In this document: positions 28,423 through 37,077 of the stretch, one piece after another
Numbering within the stretch: the stretch's first letter is position 1
Layout: each line of letters starts with the position of its first letter
DNA from: an uncultured Eubacteriales bacterium
GTDB taxonomy: Bacteria; Bacillota; Clostridia; Oscillospirales; UBA644
Reading direction: 5' to 3'
Assembly: GCA_900547165.1 (NCBI GenBank)
Contig: URFZ01000003.1
Span: 30,997-94,996, forward strand
DNA: 64,000 nt
The notes under the pieces: model-generated
What the model was told of the DNA's origin: nothing
Seen by the model: only the letters and a program-made list of their open reading frames with translations
Database searches by the model: none
Made by a program: the position numbers and the translations under genes

Positions 28423-29499
28423 ATGAAAAAGTTCAGAAAAACGTTTTTACCGCTTCTTTGCGTATTGGCGTTGACTGTTGCTCTCCTCGCAGGCTGCGGC
28501 GGCGACACAAGCAACACGACCAAAGGTGACGGAAAAACAACCGTTAACAAGACCATTGCCGTTGTTGCAAAAGGCGAATCCCACGCATTCTGGCAGTCGG
28601 TTAAAGCCGGCGCCGTAGACGCAGGCAAAAAGTACGGTTACGAAGTTACTTTCCAGGGTCCCGCAAGTGAGTCCGCAAAAGACCTTCCGTCTCAGATGGA
28701 AATGGTAAGTACCGCTCTTAACAACAATCCCGCAGGTCTCGTTCTCGGAACGATAGGCGAAGGATTCGTTGACAGCCTCAAACACGCATTCACTCAGAAA
28801 ATCCCCGTTGTTCAGTTTGACAGCGGTATCTGGGCAAAAGACATTGAGTCTCTTGATTCCGCAAAACAGAACCCAATAGTTTCCTCCGTTGCAACGAGCA
28901 ACAGACTTGCTGCGGGTCTTGCGGCAGAGAAATTCTTCGAAGCTATCAAAGCTGACATTGCTGCTTCCACCGACACTTATGTTGTAGGTATCATTCAGCA
29001 CGACGAAACCCAGACCGGTATTGACCGCGCGGGCGGATTCGAAGAGAAATTCAAGGCTCTCGCTGACGCGGATTCCACAACCGCAGGCAAGTACACCATC
29101 GAAAAAGAAGTTAAACCCGGCGATGCGGATCAGGCTTACAAGGCAGCTCTTGAAGCACTTTTTGAAAAGAACGTAAAAGCAATATTCATGAGCAACGAAG
29201 GCGTTGTTAAGCAGGTTTACGACGCAATCGGCGCAGCAGGAACCAAATACGACAACATCGTATTCTGCGGATTTGACGCAGGCTCCAAACAGATCGAATG
29301 GATGAAGAAGACCACCGGTCCGAAGCTTATCGGCGCGGTTGCTCAGGACTCCTATCAGATCGGTTACCAGGCTGTTGAACAGGCAATCTTTGCGGCAGAA
29401 GGCAAAACCGTTACCGCAAAAGTTGATATCGCAGGCGCTTGGTGGGATGCTTCCAACGTTGACGAAATGATAAAGAACAACCTCGTTTACGAAGGTTAA
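28423..29499 (+). CDS. Sugar ABC transporter substrate-binding lipoprotein
   Basis: Lipobox LLAGCGG and a periplasmic-binding-protein type I pattern (IAVVAKGESHAFWQSVKAGA...). Confidence 0.85.
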   Translation: MKKFRKTFLPLLCVLALTVALLAGCGGDTSNTTKGDGKTTVNKTIAVVAKGESHAFWQSVKAGAVDAGKKYGYEVTFQGPASESAKDLPSQMEMVSTALNNNPAGLVLGTIGEGFVDSLKHAFTQKIPVVQFDSGIWAKDIESLDSAKQNPIVSSVATSNRLAAGLAAEKFFEAIKADIAASTDTYVVGIIQHDETQTGIDRAGGFEEKFKALADADSTTAGKYTIEKEVKPGDADQAYKAALEALFEKNVKAIFMSNEGVVKQVYDAIGAAGTKYDNIVFCGFDAGSKQIEWMKKTTGPKLIGAVAQDSYQIGYQAVEQAIFAAEGKTVTAKVDIAGAWWDASNVDEMIKNNLVYEG

Positions 29500-29534
29500 T
29501 TGCTCCCGAAAAAACAACAGTTGGCAAATAGGTC

Positions 29535-29585
29535 GAACCTGCCACACGCACACTTTCGTGTGGTGTGGCAGGTTCTGCTCTTTTT
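29535..29585 (+). terminator. Strong intra-operon hairpin/attenuating terminator after the SBP gene
   Basis: ~18-bp stem: gaacctgccacac...gtgtggcaggttc (29535-47 / 29563-75) plus an inner cacac/gtgtg pair. Followed by tgcTCTTTTT. Confidence 0.7.
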
Positions 29586-29637
29586 CAGAATCAAAAATCT
29601 GATGTCCTTAAAACTTGAAGCATGAAAGGTGATTATT

Positions 29638-31422
29638 ATGTTATATCCCAAGATAGGTATACGCCCCGCGATTGACGGTCGTTGGGGAGGTGTTCGCGAA
29701 AGTCTCGAGAAACAAACCATGGCAATGGCGGAAAGCGCCGCAAAACTCATATCTGACACACTCCGTTATCCTGACGGAACTCCCGTACAGTGCGTTGTCG
29801 GTTGCACAACGATAGGCGGCGGCGCGGAAGCGGCTCGCGTTGCGGACCAGTTTGCGACGGAAAATGTTGTTGCCACGCTTACGGTAACGCCTTGCTGGTG
29901 CTACGGCACGGAAACGTTTGATATGGACCCGAACACGATAAAGGCGGTTTGGGGCTTCAACGGAACCGAAAGACCCGGTGCCGTTTATCTTGCGGCAGTT
30001 CTTGCGGCTCATGCACAGCGCGGACTCCCCGCATTTTCAATATACGGTCACGATGTACAGGACAAAGACGATACTTCCGTTCCCGCAGACGTTGCGGAAA
30101 AGATTCTCCGCTTTGCAAGATGTGCGGTTGTTGTCGGCTGGATGAAGAATAAAGCTTATGTCAATGTCGGTGCTGTTGCGATGGGTATTGCAGGCAGTTT
30201 CTGCGACGCATCAGTTCTTCAAAAATACTTCGGTATCAGAGCTGAATGGGTTGACGAAGTTGAAATCCTCCGCAGAATAAGCGTTGGCATTTACGATAAA
30301 GAAGAATATGAAAAGGCGCTTGCTTGGGTAAAAGCGAACTGCAAAGAGGGCTTTGATAAAAACGCTCCGAAAACATTCCCCGATGTTATTACAAAATCGA
30401 AAGTCGTTCCCGCAGACAAGGATTGGGAATTTATCGTTAAGATGACGATAATCATGCGCGATATCCTTTACGGAAACACCAAACTCGACGATCTCGGCTG
30501 GCACGAAGAAGCGCTCGGCAGAAATGCTGTTGCGGGCGGCTTCCAGGGTCAGAGACAGTGGACGGATTGGCTTCCGAATGCAGACTTTACCGAGGCTATT
30601 ATAGCTTCCACGTTCGACTGGAACGGAAGAAAAGCCCCCACGCCGTTTGCAACCGAAAACGACACTTGCAACGGTATCGCAATGATGCTCGGAACACTTG
30701 TCAGCCACTCTGCGCCGTGCTTCCACGACGTTCGCACATATTGGAGTCCCGAAGCTTGCGAGCGCGTAACGGGACACAGACCCGACGGCGTTGCGGCTAA
30801 CGGATTTATCCATCTTATAAACTCCGGTGCGACGGCGCTTGACGGAAGCGGCGCTTCGAGAGACGAAAACGGCAAAAACTGCATGAAACCTTTCTGGGAG
30901 ATGACAGACAAAGACGTTTCGGCTTGTCTTGAAGCAACCGATTGGTGCCGAGCAGACTATGAATACTTCCGCGGCGGCGGATTCTCAAGCCACTTCCGTT
31001 GCAAAGCGGAAATGCCCGTAACGATGCTTCGTTTCAATATTATTGAAGGCATCGGACCTGTATTGCAGATTGCGGAAGGCTACACCTCCGGCCTTCCCGA
31101 TGAAATACACAACGTCATCGACAAGAGAACAGACCCGACTTGGCCGACGACATGGTTCTGTCCGAGACTTACAGGCAAGGGCGCATTCACCGACGTTTAC
31201 AGCGTAATGGCAAACTGGGGCGCTAACCACGGCGTAACGGTTTACGGTCACGTCGGAGCGGATCTTATCACTCTTGCATCCATGCTTCGCATTCCCGTCA
31301 ATATGCATAACGTTCCCGAAGATCAGATATACCGTCCGCATTCTTGGGCGGCATTCGGAACTGATGACAGACAGGCTGCGGACTACGCGGCGTGCAAACA
31401 GTACGGTCCTTTGTACAGATAA
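29638..31422 (+). CDS. fucI: L-fucose isomerase
   Basis: ~594 aa. N-terminus MLYPKIGIRPAIDGRWGGVRESLE matches the FucI start. ATG 29638 (RBS gaaaggtg) is preferred over GTG 29629. Confidence 0.9.
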   Translation: MLYPKIGIRPAIDGRWGGVRESLEKQTMAMAESAAKLISDTLRYPDGTPVQCVVGCTTIGGGAEAARVADQFATENVVATLTVTPCWCYGTETFDMDPNTIKAVWGFNGTERPGAVYLAAVLAAHAQRGLPAFSIYGHDVQDKDDTSVPADVAEKILRFARCAVVVGWMKNKAYVNVGAVAMGIAGSFCDASVLQKYFGIRAEWVDEVEILRRISVGIYDKEEYEKALAWVKANCKEGFDKNAPKTFPDVITKSKVVPADKDWEFIVKMTIIMRDILYGNTKLDDLGWHEEALGRNAVAGGFQGQRQWTDWLPNADFTEAIIASTFDWNGRKAPTPFATENDTCNGIAMMLGTLVSHSAPCFHDVRTYWSPEACERVTGHRPDGVAANGFIHLINSGATALDGSGASRDENGKNCMKPFWEMTDKDVSACLEATDWCRADYEYFRGGGFSSHFRCKAEMPVTMLRFNIIEGIGPVLQIAEGYTSGLPDEIHNVIDKRTDPTWPTTWFCPRLTGKGAFTDVYSVMANWGANHGVTVYGHVGADLITLASMLRIPVNMHNVPEDQIYRPHSWAAFGTDDRQAADYAACKQYGPLYR

Positions 31423-31439
31423 CAGGGGAGGACTGACTG

Positions 31440-31874
31440 ATGCTGAAAGGCTTATCACCGCTTTTAACACCCGAATTGCTTAAAATTCTCAGCGAGATGG
31501 GACACGGAGACGAGATAGTGCTTGCGGACGGAAATTTTCCGTCCGAGGCTATCGGGAAAAGGGTAGTCAGACTCGATGCTCATACGGGTACTGACGTTCT
31601 GAAAGCAGTTATGTCCGTGTTTCCGCTCGATACATATTCAGACCCGAACGCGATGTTGATGGAAGTCGTTCCCGGGGATAACGTCGAAACTCCTATCTGG
31701 GACGAATATTCCCGCATAATGAACGATTCCGAGGGCGATAAGGTCAGAATAGGACATATCGAAAGATTTGCCTTCTACGACCGCGCAGAAAAGGCGTATG
31801 CGGTAATCGCGACGGGCGAGACCGCGCTGTATGCGAATCTGATACTGAAAAAGGGTGTTATTGTCCCAAACTGA
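31440..31874 (+). CDS. fucU: L-fucose mutarotase (RbsD/FucU family)
   Basis: MLKGLSPLLTPELLKILSEMGHGDEIVLADGNFP is the canonical FucU N-terminus. Confidence 0.9.
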   Translation: MLKGLSPLLTPELLKILSEMGHGDEIVLADGNFPSEAIGKRVVRLDAHTGTDVLKAVMSVFPLDTYSDPNAMLMEVVPGDNVETPIWDEYSRIMNDSEGDKVRIGHIERFAFYDRAEKAYAVIATGETALYANLILKKGVIVPN

Positions 31875-31881
31875 CAGAACT

Positions 31882-31917
31882 AACAGTAACCCGACGGTTT
31901 ACCGTCGGGTTACTGTT
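31882..31917 (+). terminator. Perfect 16-bp hairpin after fucU (no U-tract)
   Basis: aacagtaacccgacgg-ttta-ccgtcgggttactgtt. It is followed by an A-run rather than a T-run, so termination efficiency is uncertain. Confidence 0.5.
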
Positions 31918-31994
31918 AAAAACGTAAAACCCGGGATATAAAAATGACCGAATACGAATTGTTTCAAACTTCAACAAATTATCATATTTGGCAC

Positions 31995-32023
31995 TTGACA
32001 AACACTCTCAAAAATGATATAAT
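31995..32023 (+). promoter_or_regulatory. Consensus promoter for tRNA-Pro
   Basis: TTGACA (31995-32000), a 17-nt spacer, then TGaTATAAT (-10 at 32018-32023). It lies 12 nt upstream of the tRNA 5' end. Confidence 0.8.
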
Positions 32024-32035
32024 GATTGAGCACTT

Positions 32036-32111
32036 CGGGGTGTAGCGCAGATGGTAGCGTGCTTGGTTCGGGACCAAGAGGTCGTGGGTTCGAATCCCGT
32101 CACTCCGACCA
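32036..32111 (+). tRNA. tRNA-Pro (anticodon CGG), CCA encoded
   Basis: Acceptor CGGGGTG/CACTCCG. Anticodon arm CTTGG-TTCGGGA-CCAAG. T-arm GTGGG-TTCGAAT-CCCGT. Discriminator A followed by CCA. Confidence 0.9.
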
Positions 32112-32113
32112 TA

Positions 32114-32159
32114 TCGAGTATTCATAAGGGATTTCACTTTATGAATACTCGATTTTTTT
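32114..32159 (+). terminator. Rho-independent terminator of tRNA-Pro
   Basis: tcgagtattcataa / ttatgaatactcga, a 14-bp stem, followed by TTTTTTT. Confidence 0.85.
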
Positions 32160-32281
32160 ATATTAATACGGATTATTGACGGAGCAGGTTTTTGCCTGCT
32201 CCTTTTTTTGAGGCTGATGATGTTTTTTGTATTCGGCGCGAGTCTGTTTGCGGAAAGAATGTTAATTCTCGTTAAAAGCTA

Positions 32282-32340
32282 TTGACAAGAGCTGCTGTAA
32301 CAATTATAATTACAGTAGAAAATGTAATAGTTTAATTACA
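32282..32340 (+). promoter_or_regulatory. Consensus promoter with two TGTAA-N8/9-TTACA palindromic operators (candidate Rrf2 sites)
   Basis: TTGACA (32282-87), a 17-nt spacer, then TATAAT (32305-10). Box 1 TGTAAcaattataaTTACA (32296-32314) spans the -10. Box 2 TGTAAtagtttaaTTACA (32323-32340) lies at about +6 to +23. Confidence 0.6.
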
Positions 32341-32361
32341 ATTAAAAAGGGAGGATATCGA

Positions 32362-32808
32362 ATGAAAAGGTTGTTTTTATTTTTTACTGTTCTGTCTGTT
32401 TTTCTTCTGTCTTCGTGCGTGATACCGTCCCGTCAGGAGAAAACGGAAAGCGCGAAAAACACCGAGGCGTCCGTCGGGACGACCGAAAAGGAAAAGGGTA
32501 TGTATAAAAAGATATCTGCAAAGGAAGCTTATGATATAATGTCCGCCGGCGGCGTTACCGTTGTGGACGTGCGCACGAAGGAGGAATACGACGAGGGGCA
32601 TATCAAAGGCGCTGTTCTTGTCCCGAATGAAACAATAGTCAATAATGCTCCGTCGGAACTGCAGGACAAACAAGCCGTCTTGCTTGTTTACTGTCGAAGC
32701 GGGCGGAGAAGCCACGACGCAGCAAATAAACTTTTAGCGTTGGGTTATGAAAATGTTTATGATTTCGGAGGAATAATCGACTGGCCGTATGAAAAGGTTA
32801 AGGATTGA
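32362..32808 (+). CDS. Rhodanese-domain lipoprotein (sulfurtransferase-like)
   Basis: Lipobox LLSSC. Rhodanese motifs YDEGHIKGAV and the active-site loop CRSGRRS. Confidence 0.85.
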   Translation: MKRLFLFFTVLSVFLLSSCVIPSRQEKTESAKNTEASVGTTEKEKGMYKKISAKEAYDIMSAGGVTVVDVRTKEEYDEGHIKGAVLVPNETIVNNAPSELQDKQAVLLVYCRSGRRSHDAANKLLALGYENVYDFGGIIDWPYEKVKD

Positions 32809-32823
32809 GGAGAAGAAATACTT

Positions 32824-33267
32824 ATGAACAGTTCATTCAGTATTGCGGTTCACGCGCTGGTTTATCTCAATCACATGGAAAGAGTTCTCAGCAGCGAAGA
32901 GCTTGCGCAGAACGTATGCACCAATCCCGTGCTTGTGAGAAAGGTTATGTCCAAGCTGAAAAAGGCGGGCATTGTGACCACAAAGGGCGGGAAATCCGGG
33001 GGCTATGCCTTTGCCTCGGACGCCGAAACACTTACTTTGGAAACGATAGCCGAGGCGATTGACGCGCATTTTGTCGGTTCTCCGTGGCGCAGCGGGGATA
33101 TGGATAAAGAGTGTCTTATCTCGTCGGGAATGGGCTCGGTGATGGAAAACATCTGCGCCCGGCTTGACGAGCATTGCAGAAAAAGTCTGCGCGGTATCAC
33201 CGTGGCAGATATTGACAGAAAAATACTGAAACGCGGAAATGAGCCGTCGATAGATGAAAAAGCGTAA
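32824..33267 (+). CDS. Rrf2-family transcriptional regulator
   Basis: FSIAVHALVYLNHMERVLSSEELAQNVCTNPVLVRKVMSKLKKAGIV is the Rrf2 winged-helix pattern. Confidence 0.85.
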   Translation: MNSSFSIAVHALVYLNHMERVLSSEELAQNVCTNPVLVRKVMSKLKKAGIVTTKGGKSGGYAFASDAETLTLETIAEAIDAHFVGSPWRSGDMDKECLISSGMGSVMENICARLDEHCRKSLRGITVADIDRKILKRGNEPSIDEKA

Positions 33268-33508
33268 CGGGAAAATTATATTTCTTCTCCTTTATATTGC
33301 GTTCGCCGTTCTCGGCGCCGTCGGAGGATTTTTGCTTTACCGCTTTGTCTGATGCGGGTCGGGAGGCTGTTCCATAACGGGAAACCCGTATTTCAGCACC
33401 GTTATCGGCGCTGTTTTCGGAATTCTTGTCGGAATACTTATCCATCCGTCGAAAGCCTTCTCGACCGATGACAAAAAGAACGGGGATTCCGACGGGAATA
33501 CCCCCTGA
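33254..33508 (+). CDS. Small two-TM membrane protein with C-x4-C motif, interrupted by in-frame TGA at 33350-33352 (Sec/readthrough candidate or pseudogene)
   Basis: Not in the ORF track. MKKRNGKIIFLLLYIAFAVLGAVGGFLLYRFV-[TGA]-CGSGGCSITGNPYFSTVIGAVFGILVGILIHPSKAF...NTP* is read in one frame. Each half holds one hydrophobic helix. The second half has no start codon of its own. Confidence 0.45.
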
Positions 33509-33544
33509 AAACAACAGAAATACGCATCTTTCGGAGGAAACGGC

Positions 33545-34624
33545 ATGAAACACTTATCAAAATTTTGTATACTGTTGCTTTCTGCTTCTCTTTTTTTATC
33601 GGGTTGCGGTATGAATTCAACTGACAATAAAAAAAATGCGGAGATTGAGCGTATGGATTTTTCGAATGAACGTGAAAATGTGATTTATCTCGCCGGCGGC
33701 TGTTTTTGGGGAATTGAGCATCTGATGCAGTCAATCCCCGGAGTTATCGACGCCGAAAGCGGCTATGCAAACGGAACCTGCAAGGCAGACGCCGAGTATA
33801 AGACGGTATGTTCCGGTGAAACGGGATTTCGAGAAACCGTGAGAGTGGAATATGACCCCAAAAAAATCAGTCTTGACGCATTGTTGCTTGCTTATTTTTA
33901 TGTTATAGACCCGACAAAACAAAACCGACAGGGAAATGACGTCGGAAGTCAGTATCAGACGGGCATATATTATACAAACGATAAGGCACGGGAAACCGCG
34001 CAGCGGATATACGACCTTGAAAAAAGCCGCCGCAATGAGTTTTTTGTGGAGTTCGGACCTCTTTTGAACTTCTATCCGGCAGAGGAATATCATCAGAATT
34101 ATCTGGAAAAAAATCCGAACGGCTACTGCCATATACCACGCGGAGAAATCGAATTATTTTCAAAAATGAAGATTGACCCGGGCGATTATAAAAAGCCCGC
34201 AACAGAAGCGATACGCGAAAAGCTGACGGCGGAGCAGTACCGCATCACACAGGAAAACGGAACGGAACGAGCCTTTAACAATGAGTTCTGGAACAAGTTT
34301 GAAAAGGGGATTTATGTTGATGTCGTGACGGGCGAGCCACTCTTTTCCTCCGCGGATAAGTTTGAAAGCGGCTGCGGCTGGCCGGCATTTTCCAAACCCA
34401 TTGAAGCGCCTGCCATTGTGGAGAGGCAGGATAACAGCTACGGAATGAACCGCACGGAGGTTCGCAGTCGGGCAGGAGATTCACATCTGGGGCACGTGTT
34501 CACGGGAGATCCCGATTCTCCGAACGGCGTGCGCTACTGTATAAACAGCGCCGCTCTGCGTTTTATTCCGTATGAAAAAATGGAGAGCGAAGGTTACGGA
34601 TATCTGCTGTCCGTTTTTGATTAA
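33545..34624 (+). CDS. msrAB: Exported bifunctional methionine sulfoxide reductase MsrA-MsrB lipoprotein
   Basis: Lipobox FLSGC. MsrA motif GGCFWGIEH. MsrB motifs ([19 protein letters not shown]). Confidence 0.9.
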   Translation: MKHLSKFCILLLSASLFLSGCGMNSTDNKKNAEIERMDFSNERENVIYLAGGCFWGIEHLMQSIPGVIDAESGYANGTCKADAEYKTVCSGETGFRETVRVEYDPKKISLDALLLAYFYVIDPTKQNRQGNDVGSQYQTGIYYTNDKARETAQRIYDLEKSRRNEFFVEFGPLLNFYPAEEYHQNYLEKNPNGYCHIPRGEIELFSKMKIDPGDYKKPATEAIREKLTAEQYRITQENGTERAFNNEFWNKFEKGIYVDVVTGEPLFSSADKFESGCGWPAFSKPIEAPAIVERQDNSYGMNRTEVRSRAGDSHLGHVFTGDPDSPNGVRYCINSAALRFIPYEKMESEGYGYLLSVFD

Positions 34625-34642
34625 AAAACTCAGGAGCCGTTT

Positions 34643-35296
34643 ATGGAATTTGTTATTACTTTTTTGGAGGGATTTATCTCGTTTATATCGCCCTGTATGC
34701 TGCCTATGCTGCCTCTGTATATCTCATATTTCGCCGGAGGGGCGGACAAAAAGCACAAGGTGTTTTTGAGAGCATTCAGCTTTATACTCGGTTTTACCGT
34801 TGTGTTCAGTCTTCTCGGACTTTTTGCTGGCACGCTCGGCGCTTTTCTGAAAGAATACAAAACGGTTGTCAACATCGTGGGCGGACTGCTGATTGTTGTT
34901 TTCGGGCTGTCTTATCTTGAAGTTATCAAACTGCCGTTTTTCAAAGGAATGCAAAGCGGACGGACGGCGAATACCGTTGTGTCGGCGTTTCTGTTCGGCA
35001 TTATTTACTCAGTCAGCCTGACGCCCTGCATAGGCGCGTTTCTCGGTTCGGCGCTGGCGCTTGCCGGAACATCCGGGACGGCAGTTAAAGGTGTTCTTTT
35101 GCTTGTGACTTATTCTCTCGGTCTCGGAGCGCCGTTTTTACTGTCCGCGCTGTTGATTGAGAAATTGAACACGGCGTTTACCTTTATTAAAAAGCACTAC
35201 CGCGTTATTAACATCGTTTGCGGCTGTTTTCTGATTCTTGTCGGCATTCTTATGGCGTGCGGACTTATGGACGCAATAACGGCTGTTTTTTCATAA
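34643..35296 (+). CDS. ccdA: CcdA/DsbD-family thiol-disulfide electron transporter
   Basis: Six TM helices with the two conserved Cys-Pro contexts (FISPCMLPMLPLY and SLTPCIGAFLG). Confidence 0.9.
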   Translation: MEFVITFLEGFISFISPCMLPMLPLYISYFAGGADKKHKVFLRAFSFILGFTVVFSLLGLFAGTLGAFLKEYKTVVNIVGGLLIVVFGLSYLEVIKLPFFKGMQSGRTANTVVSAFLFGIIYSVSLTPCIGAFLGSALALAGTSGTAVKGVLLLVTYSLGLGAPFLLSALLIEKLNTAFTFIKKHYRVINIVCGCFLILVGILMACGLMDAITAVFS

Positions 35297-35439
35297 CGGG
35301 AAAGGATTGTTTTTATGAGAATTTCATTAAGAATAAAAAAAGAATACTCAAATTTTGAGAAGCGTTTTGCAAAACCGACCGTCGGGAGCGGTCTCGGGAG
35401 AGTATTACGCCATAACTTTTACTAAGGAGGCGGCAAGGT

Positions 35440-36042
35440 ATGAAGTCCGGATTAAAGTATATTCTTTTCGCGGTCTCGGCCGTGGCTCTGGTTGCGGTCG
35501 CCGTTGCGGCATACAGACATTTGTCGTCTGTAACGCCCGCGCCTTCCGACCCTCCGACAAGCGCGACCTCGCCGTCATCCGTAGATGAAACCGTAAAACC
35601 CGGTGCGTCGGGTAAAGAGAAGACCGCGCCAGATTTCACCGTAACCGACGCAAAAGGCAGGAATGTTACGCTGTCGGAAAGTTTCGGCAGACCCGTTATT
35701 CTAAACTTTTGGGCGACTTGGTGTCCTCCTTGCCGAAGCGAACTTCCCGCCTTTGAAAAACTGTACAAGAAGTATCAGGCGGAGGTCACGTTTATGATGA
35801 TAGATCTCAGCGACGGTTACAGAGAAACGCCTGACGCGGTAAAAAAATTCCTTTCCGAAAACGGCTACACTTTTCCCGTATATTACGACTCTGAAGTCAG
35901 CGCGGCAAAAGCATACAACGCTTTGTCGATACCTTTTACTGTCGCAATCGATAAAAACGGAAACGTCAAAAAAACGCACCTCGGCGCAATGAGCGAGACG
36001 GCGCTTGAAAGTATGATAAAGTCGGTGATTGAGGCAAAATAA
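35440..36042 (+). CDS. Membrane-anchored thioredoxin-like thiol-disulfide oxidoreductase (TlpA/ResA family)
   Basis: N-terminal TM anchor, then VILNFWATWCPPCRSELP (WCPPC active site). Confidence 0.9.
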   Translation: MKSGLKYILFAVSAVALVAVAVAAYRHLSSVTPAPSDPPTSATSPSSVDETVKPGASGKEKTAPDFTVTDAKGRNVTLSESFGRPVILNFWATWCPPCRSELPAFEKLYKKYQAEVTFMMIDLSDGYRETPDAVKKFLSENGYTFPVYYDSEVSAAKAYNALSIPFTVAIDKNGNVKKTHLGAMSETALESMIKSVIEAK

Positions 36043-36260
36043 AAGTCACCTTATGTTAAACGGCTTATTGAAAAAAATTCTCCGGTTGCCGCCGTTTCAG
36101 AGAAAACTCATCGGATTTATCTGAAAAGCGTTGACGGTTTTCGGACTCTTACGGTTTTGTGACAACTTTCAATCGTTTTTTCGGTGAATACAGCGTTCTT
36201 TTGTGCTATGATTATATTGCGGAAAGGAAATCCGCAAATAAATTCAAAGGAGCACTTGCC

Positions 36261-37067
36261 ATGAAAAACAAAAAAACTATTCTCTCAACCATTCTCGCGC
36301 TTGTCCTTGCGATGAGTTTCATTATCGCTTCGGCGGCGGTGATTTCCGCAAATGACAACAAATCGTCCGAGCCGCAGAAAAAAATCTGTGTTGCCGCAGG
36401 CGAAACTTCCGACAGCTGCGGAACGCAGTCTTTTGAAAACTTTGTAAAAGGTCTGTCCTCTTTAACCGAGCAGGAAAAAGCGACGCTTATTGCCGACCTT
36501 GAACAAATCGAGACGCTTGAGAAGAAGATCGACGAGATCTATGCCCGCATGACTGACGAAAACGCGGACAGTCTTTATGATGAGATCAATGCCGTTGACA
36601 GCAAACTCGCTGCGGTACTCGAAAGAAACGCAAAACTTTGGGAGCGCGTCAACGATGAGTACGACGAAAAAATTGCCGCGAAAGAACCGGATATGACCCT
36701 TGACCCCGCCGAAGAGGACTTTAACGGTCATTGCACGGAGAAAGAGGAAACCTATGAGGAATCCATTAAAGGGATGACTTCTCTGACCGAGCAGGAAAAA
36801 GCGGCTCTCCTTGCCGACCTCGCGGAAATCGAAGCTCTTGAAAAAAGAGTTGACACTCTTTATGCAAGCATAAACGACGAAAACGCAGACCGTCTTTATG
36901 ATGAAATCGACGCTCTTGAGGACAAAATTGCGGAAATTCTCGAAAGAAACGCAGAGCTTTGGGATCGTGTCGATGCCGAATACGACGAAAAAATTGCGGC
37001 AAATGAAAAGGATATACCCTTTGATCTGAACGAAGAGGAATATTCTGTCTGCGAAAAAAGAAGATAA
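36261..37067 (+). CDS. Secreted acidic coiled-coil protein made of two ~107-aa tandem repeats
   Basis: ATG 36261 with RBS aaaggag. Signal peptide MKNKKTILSTILALVLAMSFIIASAAVISA. The repeats SLTEQEKA(T/A)L(I/L)ADL...ERNA(K/E)LW(E/D)RV(N/D)(D/A)EYDEKIAA occur twice. The upstream part of track ORF 36159 has no support. Confidence 0.75.
   Translation: MKNKKTILSTILALVLAMSFIIASAAVISANDNKSSEPQKKICVAAGETSDSCGTQSFENFVKGLSSLTEQEKATLIADLEQIETLEKKIDEIYARMTDENADSLYDEINAVDSKLAAVLERNAKLWERVNDEYDEKIAAKEPDMTLDPAEEDFNGHCTEKEETYEESIKGMTSLTEQEKAALLADLAEIEALEKRVDTLYASINDENADRLYDEIDALEDKIAEILERNAELWDRVDAEYDEKIAANEKDIPFDLNEEEYSVCEKRR
36444..37064 (+). repeat. Intragenic tandem duplication, period 321 nt (2 copies)
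   Basis: The anchor accgagcaggaaaaagcg occurs at 36465 and 36786. The DNA units appear to be mostly identical by eye. Boundaries are approximate. Confidence 0.8.
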
Positions 37068-37077
37068 GAGATACGCG

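Noticed and set aside
33350-33352. In-frame TGA read as glycine (genetic code 25) because homologues appear to have Gly at that position
   Set aside because: TGA clearly terminates many well-defined genes in this window (e.g. murB 3669-71, dnaE 8149-51, response regulator 37824-26, tlyA 19901-03). The organism therefore uses the standard code.
35315-35425. 36-aa ORF (MRISLRIKKEYSNFEKRFAKPTVGSGLGRVLRHNFY) between ccdA and the TlpA-like gene
   Set aside because: It has a weak possible RBS, but the peptide is basic and low-complexity with no recognisable features. Its stop merely coincides with the SD of the next gene. The evidence is insufficient to call it.
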